Assembly: GCA_951406725.2 (NCBI GenBank)
Contig: OX597820.1
Coordinates: forward strand, 12,214,001-12,278,000
Direction of reading: 5' to 3'
DNA length: 64,000 bases
From: Octopus vulgaris
Taxonomy: Eukaryota
Below the pieces are notes generated by a model. The model worked only from the letters and a program-made list of their open reading frames with translations, did no database searches and was not told where the DNA came from. Each line of letters opens with the position of its first letter. The first letter of the stretch is position 1. Position numbers and translations under genes: made by a program. Below are positions 1 through 14,184 of the stretch, piece after piece.

Positions 1-137
1 TTTTTCGGTGTATTTCAACCAGAAAAATATTCACCCAAAGAGAATATTAAGCTACATAATGCAAAATTTTTACTTTTCAAAAATTCCAATTCTAAAGGGT
101 CGAAACAAACCCGAGCAACGCCGGCCGATACTGCTAG
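1..137 (+). mobile_element. 3' end of non-autonomous Helitron (runs off window start)
   Basis: Ends ACAAACCCGAGCAACGCCGGCCGATACTGCTAG|T: GC-rich subterminal hairpin plus CTAG then T. Same terminus as the complete copy at 21850-22254 but different upstream body. Confidence 0.75.
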
Positions 138-568
138 TAACTGTATAAAGGAAGACACGGTTATATGTTTGATGTACTGCTGTAACCCAACTATTTACAT
201 AGAAGAGAAGGCAGAAGGAAACTCTGGTAGAATTGAAAATATCTATGCAAATGTACGGTACTAAATAGCGTCAATGTAATCGACGTAATCCAGCTTTCTG
301 TTCACCAGAGTTGAAAATAATCACAATCAATACAGCAATACTAAAATTATCACAAAAATTGTTTCTTGAATCTAAAGAATGTGATTTCAAAATAATGTTA
401 CCTATTCTATCGATTGTAGAAATGTGAACTGGGAACGGAAGACAGCATTACCGCAATGGAAGTGCCCTACTGTTTCTAGCATTTCACCAATTATGAAAAT
501 AGCGTTTCAATACGGTGATGCTAAAATGATTACGTTGGCACATCGTTCTCTCTGTCTGTCTCTCTCTC

Positions 569-631
<63 letters not shown>

Positions 632-1161
632 GTGTATGTGTGTGTGTATACTTATGCATATATATATATATACATATATATATAGTTGCATATATAGTTG
701 CATATATAGGTTTATATATATATGTAGGTCCCGGGTTGATTCGGGGTTAACCACAGTAAATAAGGTATATATAGCAGAGTAAAATTATATATATGTGTGT
801 GTGTGTGTGTGTGTGCATGTGTATGTTTGTGTGTGTGTATGTGTATGTTTGTGTGTGTAGGTGTGTTTGTGTGTGTGTGTACATATGTATATATACGTGT
901 TTGTCTTTACGTATCTACACCACACGCACATACACACTAACGCACATGCGCATATATGTATACATACATACATACATGCATACACACATAGTTTTAGTTT
1001 ATATCATGTTTTACCAAAGAATCTCCATTTTCGCTAAACAAAAACTAAAATATGTGAATCTGTAAACGCAGTACATTACATTCTAATTCAAGTATTCACA
1101 CACGCTGATTAAAGAGAGCATTGTTTAGATATTTTGGCCGAATATTTACTTTTATTCCATA

Positions 1162-1552
1162 CTAGCAGTATCGCCCGGCGTTGCTCGGGTTTGTAAGGGA
1201 AATAACTATATAAGCATTTTTAGAGAGTTATAGCCAAAAAATAGCAAAAAAATGCATTAAAAATGGAAAAAAACATTATAGTAATTTTTTTAAAAATCGT
1301 TAGCTCATCGTAGACAGTTTTAGAGAGTTACTTCCCTTATATAATAGCGAAAAAATGCATTAAAATGGAAAAAAATGATGGTAAATTATTTTTAAAATCG
1401 TAGACTCATCGTAGACGCGCGCTAATACCCAGAAGGGCTCGATATGAATCACGACTATAAGATACCTGGTTTTGGTTACATTGCACCGCAAAATGTGGGA
1501 GTAGTTAGGAATCTAAATCGTAGGAGACAGACACACAACTTCACTTTTATAT
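1162..1552 (-). mobile_element. Non-autonomous Helitron, family H1
   Basis: Reverse complement of the 21850-22254 element; intact CTAG/hairpin end at 1162; last few 5' bases missing. Confidence 0.85.
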
Positions 1553-1582
1553 ATTCCATATATAATATTCAAAACGTGTGTA

Positions 1583-1915
1583 AGGCGGCGAGCTGCAGAA
1601 ACGTTAGCACGCCGGGCTAACGACTTTGCCTTCATCCTTTCGGGGTCGATTAAATAAGTACCAGTTACGCACTGGGGTCGATGTAATCGACTTAGTCTGT
1701 TTGTCTGTCCTTGTTTGTCCTCTCTGTGTTTAGCCCCTTGTAGGTAGTAAAGAAATAAGTATTTCGTCTGCCGCTACGTTCTGAGTTCAAATTCCGCCGA
1801 AGTCGACTTTGCCTTTCGATAAATTAAGTACTAGTTGCGTACTGAGGTCGATATAATCGACTGGCCCCCTCCCCCAAAATTTCGGGCCTTGTGCTGAGAG
1901 TAGAAATTAATTTTT
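1583..1915 (+). mobile_element. SINE family A dimer (head-body-long tail + body-short tail)
   Basis: Head GGCGGCGAGCTG, B-box-like GAGTTCAAATTCC, central GTCGACTTTGCCTTTCATCCTTTCGGGGTCGAT...AGTACC domain; flanked by AAAACGTG(T/A)GTA direct repeats at 1571 and 1916. Confidence 0.85.
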
Positions 1916-2007
1916 AAAACGTGAGTATATATATGTGTGTGTTTGCTTGTGAGTGTGTTAGAAATTCAAATCTCACTAGATGCATCTCCATAAATATCAA
2001 TAACTGC

Positions 2008-2372
2008 ATTTCGTCTGCAGCTACGTTCTGAGTTCAAATTCCGCCCAGTTCGACTTTGCCTTTCATTCTTTCGGGGTCGATTAAATAAGTACCATTTACG
2101 CACTGGGGTCGATATAATCGACTTAATCCGTTTGACTGCCCTTGTTTGTCCTCTCTGTGTTTAGCCCCTTGTGGGTGGTAAAGAAATAGGTTATTCGTCT
2201 GTCGTTACGTTCTCAGTTCAAATTCCGCCGAGGTCGACTTTACCTTTTATCCTTTCGGGGTCGATAAATAAAGTACCAGTTTTGCACTGGAGTCGATGTA
2301 ATCGACCTAATCCCTTTGTCTGTCCTTGTTTGTCTCATCTATGTTTAGCCCCTTGTGGGCAATAAAGAAATA
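2008..2372 (+). mobile_element. SINE family A, two tandem headless body+long-tail units
   Basis: Two ~180-bp units, each starting (A)TTCGTCTG and ending GCCCCTTGTGGG..TAAAGAAATA. Confidence 0.85.
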
Positions 2373-2399
2373 AATTAAAATACTAAAACTATATATATC

Positions 2400-2433
<34 letters not shown>

Positions 2434-3002
2434 TGAGAGACTGCGTGTGTGTGTATTTTCTTATTTGTATGTACGTATAGTGTATATATAAAACTAGTTA
2501 AATGGGTCACGTGAACCGACGTTGATTTACATAGAGTCTTGCTAAAAGTACGAATTTAATTCGAATCAGTCTTAGTAATTTACATGAATTTACTTATGCA
2601 AATAAATATTTTTAGCCGTTACCATGAAAAAAAAAAAATCAATAAATTGATCGTATATGTCCGCTATAGCAACGTTACTGGCGCACTGCTCTTATACCGG
2701 ATTTGTAAAATTTAACGCTTTATATCGCATTTTAGAATATTTTTCTGTTGTTTATTCTAAAGAGAATGATTAATGATTAAAGCAATGAATATCAAAATTA
2801 CTACAGTAATGCTAATTAATTTGTTAGAATGATTAAGGGATTATTCGTGGTGATGACACTATTCTAATGATTAAAAGTGTTTCGCCGATGTAATAAAGAG
2901 CATGGCTTAAATTTGTGACACAAGAACATCCTAAATGACACGCTCTGTTCTCTAAATTTAGGTATAGACACATTGTCTCAGATGTCTTCTTTTTTTTTTT
3001 GG

Positions 3003-3403
3003 TTTTACTTGTGTCAGTCATTATACTGCAGCCATGCTGGGGCAATGCCTTGAAGAATTTTTTGTCGACTGATTCGATCGATCTGGTATTGCTTTTTAAA
3101 GCCTGGGACTTATTCCATCGTTCTTTAACCGAACTGCTAAGTTGCAGGGATGTAAACACACTGCCACCGGTTGTCAAGCGCTAGTGTGGTACTAACACAC
3201 ACACACACACTCTCTCGCACACACATACTCTCTCACACACACACACATACGATGAGCTACTTTCAGTTTCCGTCTACCAAATCCACTCACAAAGTTATGG
3301 GCCCGAGGATATAGTAAAGACACTATCTCAAAGTATTACACGATGGGACTGCTACCGGAAATATGTCGTTGAGAAGTAAGCTATTCTACTACACAGCCAC
3401 GCC
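3003..3403 (-). mobile_element. SINE family B (CORE-type), diverged
   Basis: Contains TTTCAGTTTCCGTCTACCAAATCCACTCAC and an internal (CA)n, matching the reverse complement of 9749-10169. Confidence 0.8.
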
Positions 3404-3552
3404 ATTGGTCGGAAAAAACCGTCCCTTTACTTTTAAATCAGCAATATATCGACTTCGATATCGAGAAATTTAGCTTTAAAGAGTGTAGTATTTTCCGAAA
3501 TAGGATTATTACTTAATTAAGCCAGAATTATCTTTTAGCAAGACAAATATCC

Positions 3553-3882
3553 CTTTCTATTATAGACATATTTTAGTTGAATAGGAGGGCTAGTCGATTA
3601 CATCGACCCCAGTGCTTGACTGGTACTTATTTTACCGAACAAAAAAGGATAAAAGTCAAAGTCGACTTCGGCGGAATTTGAACTCAGGATGTAAAGACGG
3701 ACGAAATGCCGCTAAGTATCTTATCTGGCGTACTACCGATTCTGCCAGCTCGCCGCTTTTAGATAGATATTGGTTTCAAACTTTGGTACAAGACCAGCAA
3801 TTGTGTATGGGAGGGGATGAAAATCAATTACATCGATAATAGTAGTCAACTGGTACTTATTTTATCGACCCTGAAAGATAAA
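3553..3882 (-). mobile_element. SINE family A, one diverged full copy plus adjacent 3' fragment
   Basis: GTCAAAGTCGACTTCGGCGGAATTTGAACTC...CTGCCAGCTCGCCGC at ~3655-3757; second ACTGGTACTTATTTTATCGACCC at ~3850. Confidence 0.75.
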
Positions 3883-4455
3883 TGTTAAAAATTAAATATT
3901 GAAAAGTTTACAAAACAAAATTCATAAAACACTTCTTTTATGATATTTACGCTTGATACAATTTATTTCCATAAACGCAAATGTATTATTTATAAACTTT
4001 CTGTTATGCCGTAGTCGAACGGTAAACTCGATATATATATTTTCTATTCTAATTTGTTCGTGTTAAATTTTGATTGGAACTTCCTTTCAGGCAAATGCGT
4101 TTCTTCTATTCTACATTGACTTCAAATTAAAAAAAAAAAATGTCTAGACGTTTTTATATATACGGTGTACAATACCAATACAGTTAAATTTCAACGATTT
4201 TATAAGAGAAGAATTATTCATAGCATTTTATTACAACAGTTGGTCTTTGAAAATGCTTTGATGCCTTTTCTATGAACAAAGGTTTAGTTGAACATATTCA
4301 GGAAATACATCTACAGTCCAGTTATAAATTACATTTTTGTTACGTCTTTCAATCACTTCCGCTTTCTGTACGACCTAAATCTTTGATTCAATATGTTTTA
4401 TTTTTCTCCCAAATTCATCCATAGAACTGTGTCCTTCAAGTGCAAGGATTCCCAA

Positions 4456-4512
4456 CAGTGGTTCCCGACACTTTTATTTAGATGAGTTTTTCCACGGACC
4501 CCTTTTAATATG

Positions 4513-4556
<44 letters not shown>

Positions 4557-4637
4557 GTTTTGAATTTTGTTCACGGATCCCTAGTACTACCTTTGCGGAC
4601 TACCCGGGATGCGCGACCCCCTTATTGGGAACTACTC
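4456..4637. mobile_element. hAT/Charlie-like MITE
   Basis: Terminal inverted repeats CAGTGGTTCCC ... TTGGGAACTACT, typical of Charlie-type hAT ends; internal (TA)n; no clean 8-bp TSD. Confidence 0.55.
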
Positions 4638-5479
4638 TTCTAGTGTTTAATCGATCGTACTGACTATAGTACTTATTTTAATGTGCTACTGATTTTATCT
4701 AAATCTATTTATTGATCCGCTGCTTCATAGCACATTAAATGACATTACACCAAAACACGGTGCAAGCAAAAAGTACAGAAAACACACGTACAATCACACA
4801 CACACAAACACATTCATCCACATGATCGAGATGATAATTACAATACTTAGAATATTGCAAAGCAAGCTAAAGACATACTAAATCATTATAAATAGGTCTA
4901 CCCTGATTTGCATAAACACAGTTATTTGTTTCCGATGCTAAAATTGGCGTGGTTTTAGATCATGAGAGTTATATAATCTCTTCATGGACACAACCTAACG
5001 CCAATGACAAAATATAAAGAAGCCAGCTTTCTTTTGATGTTTTCTGTTCAATAGTATTCTATTGATTTAATTCCATAAAATTCAACAGTGTACACACAAA
5101 ACAAATAAATTTAAACTTTCTTCTACACCTTTTATTAATATTTTTCTCATATTTTTGAAGGTACAAAATAACAATCACATACAAAATCATAATGGTTTAA
5201 AATTATGCAGTGTGAAGCTACTGCACTTATGTGATACTTCATAAATGCGTGTAGTTAAATATGCTAAATATTTTCCTAAGAACTTTGGAAACATTGAAAT
5301 GACTTAGAATATCTTTATATTTGCTCTGTCAAATTATGATTAATTGAAGCTGTGATATATTTACAGTGCTTATATTTACGCATGTACTTTTACGGTACTT
5401 ATAGAATTGTGAGTGACAGAACTATAATCCTTAGCTTTTCGCTACCTCTTCTTATGTTGTACTACCTGAGAAACAGAAA

Positions 5480-7380
5480 TATTTTATATATTTACATCAG
5501 TCTAGTAAATGAACTGCATAGTAAGCAGGCATCAGCGCGAAATAATCTTCTTACCGCACAAGCCGGAACTTCGTATACCGTTACATTCATTTCTTTGACA
5601 GAAGTTCGAAACAATCCTTGAGTTAGCTGAGTTTATATAACTTAAGATAACGATTTAGTAACAATAATGTTCAATGATTTATATGATGTTCAATGATTTA
5701 AAATGTGTCAGTTCATATGCGATTCACGTTCATGATTTTAAATTATACAAGAGTGGATATTAATGTAGTAATTATTAATAAATTTATTATGTATATTTTC
5801 ACCTCACTGCGGCATTAGACAAAGGTTTTCTTTCTGACGAAGCAGATATTGTAGGGAAAGATAAATTAGAAGCCAGATATTCATGCACTACTAGAGCATG
5901 CAAAGCTGTATGACTTCAAGCGAAGACAGAAAGTGCCTTACAGCATATTTCCGTAAGGAAATTGCTGTTTTCAATGCAACACTTGTCTAAAAGCTGTAGA
6001 TAATATCTATATTTCTCAGTTAAATTGAGCGAATGAAAAAGCGTATTTTGAAAAATAAAGGTGAATTTTTTTCTTTGCTTGATTTAAGATTCAATAGATT
6101 CTAGAGCGTAAACAAACGTAAACAAACATAAACAAACATAAACAAATCTATCGGAACAACTTTTTATTTGTTCGTTTATAATATGACACTACAATGGTTA
6201 GGGATTGTTTACCCTTATTAATAGGATAAGCAGTGTGGGAGAATATATTAAACACATCTCACTACAAAATGTTTAAAAAACGCTTTTCACTGCAACTCAT
6301 GTGAATCTTGCAAAATTTTACTGCGTTTAGATTTTAAAGCACCTATGAGGCCATGCGATTTATACATTATTTTAGTAAATGTTTTCCAATCATTTTACCA
6401 TATTCAGTGCATCATTATTCTTGTAATTAGTTGGCTAGTAAGTAGTGCTGATGGTAAACATGAGATAAATTTTATTTTAGTGCTTGTGGATGACCGCAAT
6501 GAATATTTATGACAGTCTTTAAAATACATTAACTTGTTTTGCTCTTGGGACGCATTTGGCTTTCACAATGTGCTTAATGCACATTATGTGGGTTATTTAG
6601 AAACTGGTGTGGAAAAGTGGTGTTAATCGAGTTAGAAACTGGTGCTTCTAGTCCAGAAGAGTTTTTATAGACAGTAATTTGCTTTACGTACGGACATATA
6701 TTCTTCTTCTTAGCCATAATGAAAATGAATATTTCAGGCGAATAATAAGATAGCGCCTCAACTACTGTTTCTTTCTGCTAATACAAGAAAATGTAACAAT
6801 AAAGGCGGGAAAAGGCCACATTATCTTGATGGCAGTAATCCGATACAGGCGCAGTTTGAATATCGCTGGAAAATGACTTCAGTAAAATTTTGCCAAATTC
6901 CGAGACATCAATGACAACCAAAAAATATCTCGGCTCATCTCACCTACTATAATATTCAACCATTTCGCTTCGTTTGCACTACAACTATGAAGAGCTTCGT
7001 ACGCAGGAAATATTCAATATTATGAGGTATTTATGAATACTTTGCTTATTCGGAATTGAAACCACAGTTTCTCCTTATTGCCAAATTTATATTGAGTTCA
7101 CTCAACCATTTTTGCGTTGTAGTATTGATTTCACATTCTCTAACACTGAAAAATAATGATATTGATCAAACTAAAACTCCATACCATCTAACTGAAATCA
7201 GCTGAGTCGAACGTTGACACGGAACTTCATGAAGAACTAAAATCTTTGCCCTTCGTGCTAGAAAAACGTTTGTGACGTTTTAGAGAAATCGTTCGATGCC
7301 ATTATGCCCCCCCTCTTTGCACTGTGATTATCTATGCATCTCCTGAGATATTATTTATCATTCAGATTCCCATATAAATG
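5480..7380 (+). pseudogene. Possible highly decayed hAT (ZMYM1/DUF4371-like) transposase relic
   Basis: Scattered peptide remnants by hand translation (HSKQASARNNL, FLSDEADIVGKDK, a C-terminal LRYYLSFRFP-like stretch); many stops and frameshifts. Confidence 0.3.
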
Positions 7381-8306
7381 AGACAGTATTTACTTGGATA
7401 GCTCTCTGAATACAAGAGTCTTTCCTAAATGGTTCAATGATTCGGTGTTTAAATCGACACGACAGTCTCAACTAAAGATATATACCGATCTAGGGGATAG
7501 TGGTATATCTTTAGTGTGGATTCTGGTTCCACTGAAGAGACAATTATTTGGAATTGTCGTAATGTTGTCGTAATGTTGATTGCTGAAATGCAGAGAATTC
7601 GGTAAGACACAGAACACATGTAAGCATAAATCTGGTGTATATCACTGCTACTTCACTTAAAATTCCTCATCTTCTAACAAAGATTCAGAAATCATCTTGG
7701 AGGCTACACTTTTATCTCGTAATTGTAAAAGAAATCATGAGCCCTTCACTTAGAATTCCTCATCTTTCTGCAAAGATCCGGAAAGCAACTTAAATACTAC
7801 ATCTTTAAAGTGCCGCTGAATGTTACGAATCGCTATTTCTTGTCCAGTTATTTTGGAATGCTAACGTTTCAAGCAATGATTTGCTTTACATATGGATGTA
7901 TGTACTTATGCTGAACAATAGCGTCTCTGCTATTGTACGTTTTGTATGCTTTGCTTATTTTGCTTTTGTGAAATTTTAGTAAACCATAGAAATATTAGAT
8001 TTACATTTAAAATTAGTTTTTGCCCTCTAGATAGATAAAACAAAATTAATTTTGTGTTTAGTATTCATCTCTTTATCACCTTGTTTACTTGTGAATTCAT
8101 TAGCATTTTCAATTCACAAGTGTTAAAGATTGATTTATTCTTTGTTTATATAAGGCACTATATAAGGAATTATAAATGTAACTAAAATTATTTGTGTCCT
8201 TGGGTGATGATCATTAAATGTAGTTATAGATTCGAAATTGGGCGTGTTTTAAATTAATTTCGTTTATCTGCGTTTGTTGGAGAAATATTGATTTTCTATC
8301 TTCTTG

Positions 8307-8425
<119 letters not shown>

Positions 8426-8479
8426 CATATATATACATATGTATGTATATTCGTATGTGTGTAATACAATATATAAGTA

Positions 8480-8878
8480 TTCTTTATTACTCTAGGCAGA
8501 AGGTCCGAAATTTTTGGGGAGGGGAGTCTATTGATTAGATCGACCCTAGTACCTAACTGGTACTTAATTTATCGATCCCTAAAGGAGGAAAGGCAAATTC
8601 GACCTCGGCGGAATTTGAACTAAGAACGTAACGACAGACGAAATACCTATTTCTTTACTGCCGACAAGCGGCTACACACAGAGGGGACAAACAAGGACAG
8701 ACAAACGGATTAAGTCGATTACATCGACACCAGTGCGTAACTGGTACTTAATTTATCGACCCGAAAGGATGAAAGGCAAAGTCGACCTCGGCGGAATTTG
8801 AACTCAGAACGTAACGGCAGACGAAATATTGCTACGCATTTCGCCCGGCATGCTAACGTTTCTGCCAGCACGCCGGCT
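8480..8878 (-). mobile_element. SINE family A dimer
   Basis: Same head-body-long tail-body-short tail layout as 1583-1915, on the minus strand. Confidence 0.85.
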
Positions 8879-9424
8879 TTATATAATATAAATATTACAA
8901 GTATAAAATACACAATAACGTATAAAGACTGTCGTCTGTAGATGGTTAAGTTGGTAATAACTGTCGCCATATATCTTAAAATTCTCTTTAATTACTGCAT
9001 ATCTTGTAAACTTTCATGTCTTTAAAACACGGTATATTTCATAAAAATAGTTTAAAGGATTACTTTTCTATTCTCGAATGACGGTATTTGTCAAAATTGG
9101 AAGTAGTCTGGATAAGAGGTCTTTCAGTCGACCCATTGTGACTGTTAAAAATCAATATTTAATTAGATCGCTTGTGTTCAAATCCTTCCACAATCAACAT
9201 CGCATTTTATCTCTTCATGATCAATAAAATAAGTGCCATCAATTATAAAGATCAATATTGCTTCAAAATTTGAAGCCTCGTATCAAAGTTAGAAATCTTT
9301 CTTCGCAGATGTTATGAATATGCCTAACATTGTAATGATTCCGCAATCCTTTGCTTAGAGCGTAAACTTTACTCAGACGCTCTCTCGTTAACATCTAGAC
9401 TCTAATTTATATAATTGCTCTTGT

Positions 9425-10336
<912 letters not shown>

Positions 10337-10393
10337 ATTGAAGCTTATTAAAAATGTGGACTGTGCTAAAAATTATTCTCAGAATACAAGTAA

Positions 10394-10810
10394 AGGCGTA
10401 GGAGTGGCTTTGTGGTACGTAGCTTGCTTACGAATCACATGGTTCCGGGTTCAGTCCCACTGCGTGGCACCTTGCGCAAGTGTCTTCTACCATAGCCTCG
10501 GGTCAACCAAAGCCTTTTGAGTGGATTTGGTAGACGGAAACTGAGAGAAGCCCGTCGTATATATGTATATATATATATACATGTATGTGTGTGTATGTGT
10601 TTGTGTGTCTGTGTTTGTCCCCCCAACATCGCTTGACAACCGATACTGGTGTGTTTACGTCCCCGTAACTTAGCGGTTCGGCAAAAGAGATCGATAGAAT
10701 AAGTACTAGGCTTACAAAGAATAAGTGCTGGGGGCGATTTGTTCGACTAAAGGCGGTGCTCCAGCTTGGCTACAATCAAATGACTGAAACAAGTTAAAGA
10801 GTAAAAGAGT
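10394..10810 (+). mobile_element. SINE family B, full length
   Basis: Colinear with 9749-10169. Confidence 0.9.
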
Positions 10811-11201
10811 GAAGAAATGAAGAGTTAGAAAAATTTATAATAATAATTGGGGAAATAAAATACTTCCTTGCTATTATTAAATATTTGAAATTTTTAAATA
10901 TTATCTTACATAAACACGAAGTTACCACTGCATGACAACCTCAAATTACTATACCTTTAAACAAGTGTTAATTCCATTATCACGCACAAGCATCTTTCAT
11001 GCTAACAAAATGAACACGGAATTTTACAAAGTAGATTTTAAGTCGAAATATCAGAACTAATTAAACAATTCTAAGATAACATTGCAGTGCCTTTATTATT
11101 GTTTTTATATATCTAATGTTCTACCTGACTTGCTATCACCTATAACATACGAAGTCACTTTCTCACTCTCTCCTAACTCTGTGTGCACATATAAATGCAT
11201 G

Positions 11202-11277
<76 letters not shown>

Positions 11278-11300
11278 AATGCATATATCTATATATATAT

Positions 11301-11679
11301 GAATGTTACTGTTATTTAGCCCTAGGAAACATCGTCTCCAGTTGGTTATCTGCATCCTTATATATTCGAAGAAGGGACCTTGGTGTCCCCACTCAGCTCG
11401 AAGCAGCATCTGTTTACCAATGGTTTCTGGGTTATTTTACTTCATCACCACAGAATAACTGCTCGGCTAGAGATGGTGACACTAGATTCTTGCTCGAAAT
11501 ATATACTTTTCAAAGTGACACACAGTAGCTGAAATCATAAAGAGAAAAATATTATTTCTAAATCTCTGAACGAGAAACAGCCAGTAACAGTATTCTAGAA
11601 AGATTTTTTAGCAAAATAATGTCACAGTGCTGAGTAGGACGAATGTTATTGTTATTCAGCCTCAGGAAACATCATCTCC

Positions 11680-11680
<1 letters not shown>
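11301..11680. mobile_element. Small element bounded by ~40-bp imperfect direct repeats, set in (TA)n
   Basis: GAATGTTACTGTTATTTAGCCCTAGGAAACATCGTCTCCA (11301-11340) vs GAATGTTATTGTTATTCAGCCTCAGGAAACATCATCTCCA (11641-11680). Confidence 0.5.
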
Positions 11681-11710
<30 letters not shown>

Positions 11711-13279
11711 TAAATCCCCGTATTCTTCTCTAAAAATTTATATCTTATTGCTTTCTTATTTAATTCCTTAAAAGTTCATATATTACTCACAATAGATTAT
11801 TATTACTTTCAAAGACATAGATTATACATTCGATAAAATCTTACATACATGGTGATGCCGAAATATTTTCTATTATTTTTCTTCTTGTAAATGATTTTAT
11901 CAATTTCTCAGCAGATCTAACACTATTTTTACTGGTCCTTAGGAAGTTATTACTAAGGTACACGGGACTCTTCATAATCCCCAAATAGAGGTGCTCAGGA
12001 ACATAACTGTATATTCCAGAGTTATTTAATGGAGTGTTTTGCACAGAAATCTGGCATTTACAAGGAAAAATGTGTTTTGAGCTCATCCATGGAATATCCA
12101 TAAAACATCTGCTAAAATAGTTGTTATTAATATACTTTCTATTAATGTTACCGCCATTGCTGTTTCATTTAGCGCTACCTTTTATGTTGTAGTCTATTGC
12201 TGCAGACGCTTCTGCTGTTTCAAGTTCTACTCGTGTTGATATCCTTGCTTGAACTGAAAATAAAGACGGTCTTCTTTATCTTACAACACCTGTTTTTAAT
12301 TTTTCCACCTCACAATCTTGCTTTTTGAAATTGCTCAAGTTGAAATCAACGTACATGCGCTATGCAATCAAGAATTCTTGGTAAAAGTCACGCAAAAAAC
12401 AAAATATATTAATAAAAGTATAAGAAAACTGAGATGCCATTCTAGGAGGCGAATTAGCGTGAAACGAATTGAAGTGTTTTGAAAGAATGAACTGAAGCGT
12501 CACATATGCGCACGCTTATATGTTCTCTTTAATGCGCATATATGCAACATGTAATTTTTGAATCCTCGTTAAGTATACAGGTGGTTGCTGTGTTGTTGCG
12601 TTGGGAAAGCACAGTAGAATGAAATCCGAAGATTGTGGTACGAAATTAGAACGGTGATTGCTGTTAGTAATGAAAGAACTGTGGTCGTGTAGAAAGCTGA
12701 TTTTCTCAACCATCAAAAAGGAAATAGTCTTGTGGCAAATGCAAAAAGTGGTATATACAGTAAATTTCATATTCATGCACTTGTTATGTATTAACATAAA
12801 ACAGTTAAGCTCATGCATACACTCCTGTCACGATTTTATTTATACGTTCATATATGCATGCACATCTATTAAGCACTTGTAAAAATGAAGCAACGGTGAA
12901 TTAATAAACAATTTCCTATATTTAAATATATTCAAACCCATACAACAAGCATTGAAATTAGTTGAATGCTCACGTATACAAACATGTATACATACGTGGA
13001 CACAACATACATTTACTCTGCAAGTATTAGAAAGAGCGTGAAGGAGGGGAAATGAAATGCATGTATGTGAATAGATAATCATAATGTAAAGGCTGAAATG
13101 TTGTGATAGGAAAATCACAGACAATAAGAAAGTAAACCGTGATGAGAGAAAAAGTAAGAAGGAAGAGATTACACAAAGCTGGAGTGTAGGATTAGAAGGG
13201 AAAATAAAGAGATAAAAAATATCGTGTTTCTAATATATTAGGAAAATCAATAAAGAGGAAAATTGTACATATGTACATG

Positions 13280-13346
13280 TATGTATGTATGTATGTATGT
13301 ATGTATGTATGTATGTATGTATGTATGTATGTATGTATGTATGTAT
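13280..13346. repeat. (TATG)n microsatellite
   Basis: Direct reading. Confidence 0.95.
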
Positions 13347-13439
13347 GCAAATATGTGTGGATATATATTTGTGTGTGTGTGTGAAATATATACACATATC
13401 CATTTAGTATTAACTATTGGAAAAGTGTACTCAAAACTA

Positions 13440-14050
13440 TGCTGGTGATTAATATTTTTGTTTTGGTAGAGACAGTTACTTGTTTTTCCGATTTTCACGA
13501 GTAGATGCGAAGAATCTTCAGGCAAGTAGTGAGAGCAGTGGGTGTGGTTTCAGTTGGTGTGACTGTAGAACACTTACGGCCAACACAAAGCACTCACCAT
13601 CTGGTTGTGATTTCGGGTCCTGACTGGATATGAATTTCTATGAGGGAGTTGTATGTCGGACGACCAAATTCATTCTCTTGCCTCAGATTTTCCGACAGCG
13701 CTAGCGTGGGGGAATTGACTGAAATTATATTAGGGATACAATAGAGTGACTAGGTTGATCTGCGTATCTTCCATTTATTCTACGAACACATCGTAAAGTG
13801 AATATCTCGTTTCTGGTCGCTGAAACTTCACCATTTATTGTGTTTCTCAGCATAATCCATTAGAAAATCCAGGGTGCCTATGAATCTTATATATACAACG
13901 TTGGCTTGCTGGTCACTCTCCATAGTTCAGCCATCCTCTGACAAGTTTTGGTATTAATCCCACAGTGTATCCGTTAATGGACGTTGCCCTGCCTCCTTTG
14001 TTTAAGCCATAAGTAAATTTTAATAGCGTTTGCTCCTGTGGTTCGGAGAG
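13440..14050 (-). mobile_element. Decayed Penelope-like element 3' part (GIY-YIG remnant plus pLTR-like end)
   Basis: Minus-strand peptides GE(C)-QQANVVY and a C-terminal Cys/LL..H-like stretch; followed by ACTTG-CCTGAAGA...GGAAA-AACAAGT hammerhead-like remnant. Confidence 0.4.
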
Positions 14051-14102
14051 AATAATAGAACAAAGATAAGAATAAAAGTATATTTGTTGCTAGCTTGCTA
14101 GC

Positions 14103-14113
14103 TAGATAGATAG

Positions 14114-14183
<70 letters not shown>
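14103..14183. repeat. (GATA)n microsatellite
   Basis: Direct reading. Confidence 0.95.

Positions 14184-14184
<1 letters not shown>

Noticed and set aside
6108-6147. (RTAAACAAAC)4 resembling Forkhead sites
   Set aside because: Simple slippage repeat with no regulatory evidence.
11841-12330. Minus-strand ORF-like unique sequence
   Set aside because: No motif recognised and no convincing splice sites; probably an old TE, cannot be assigned.
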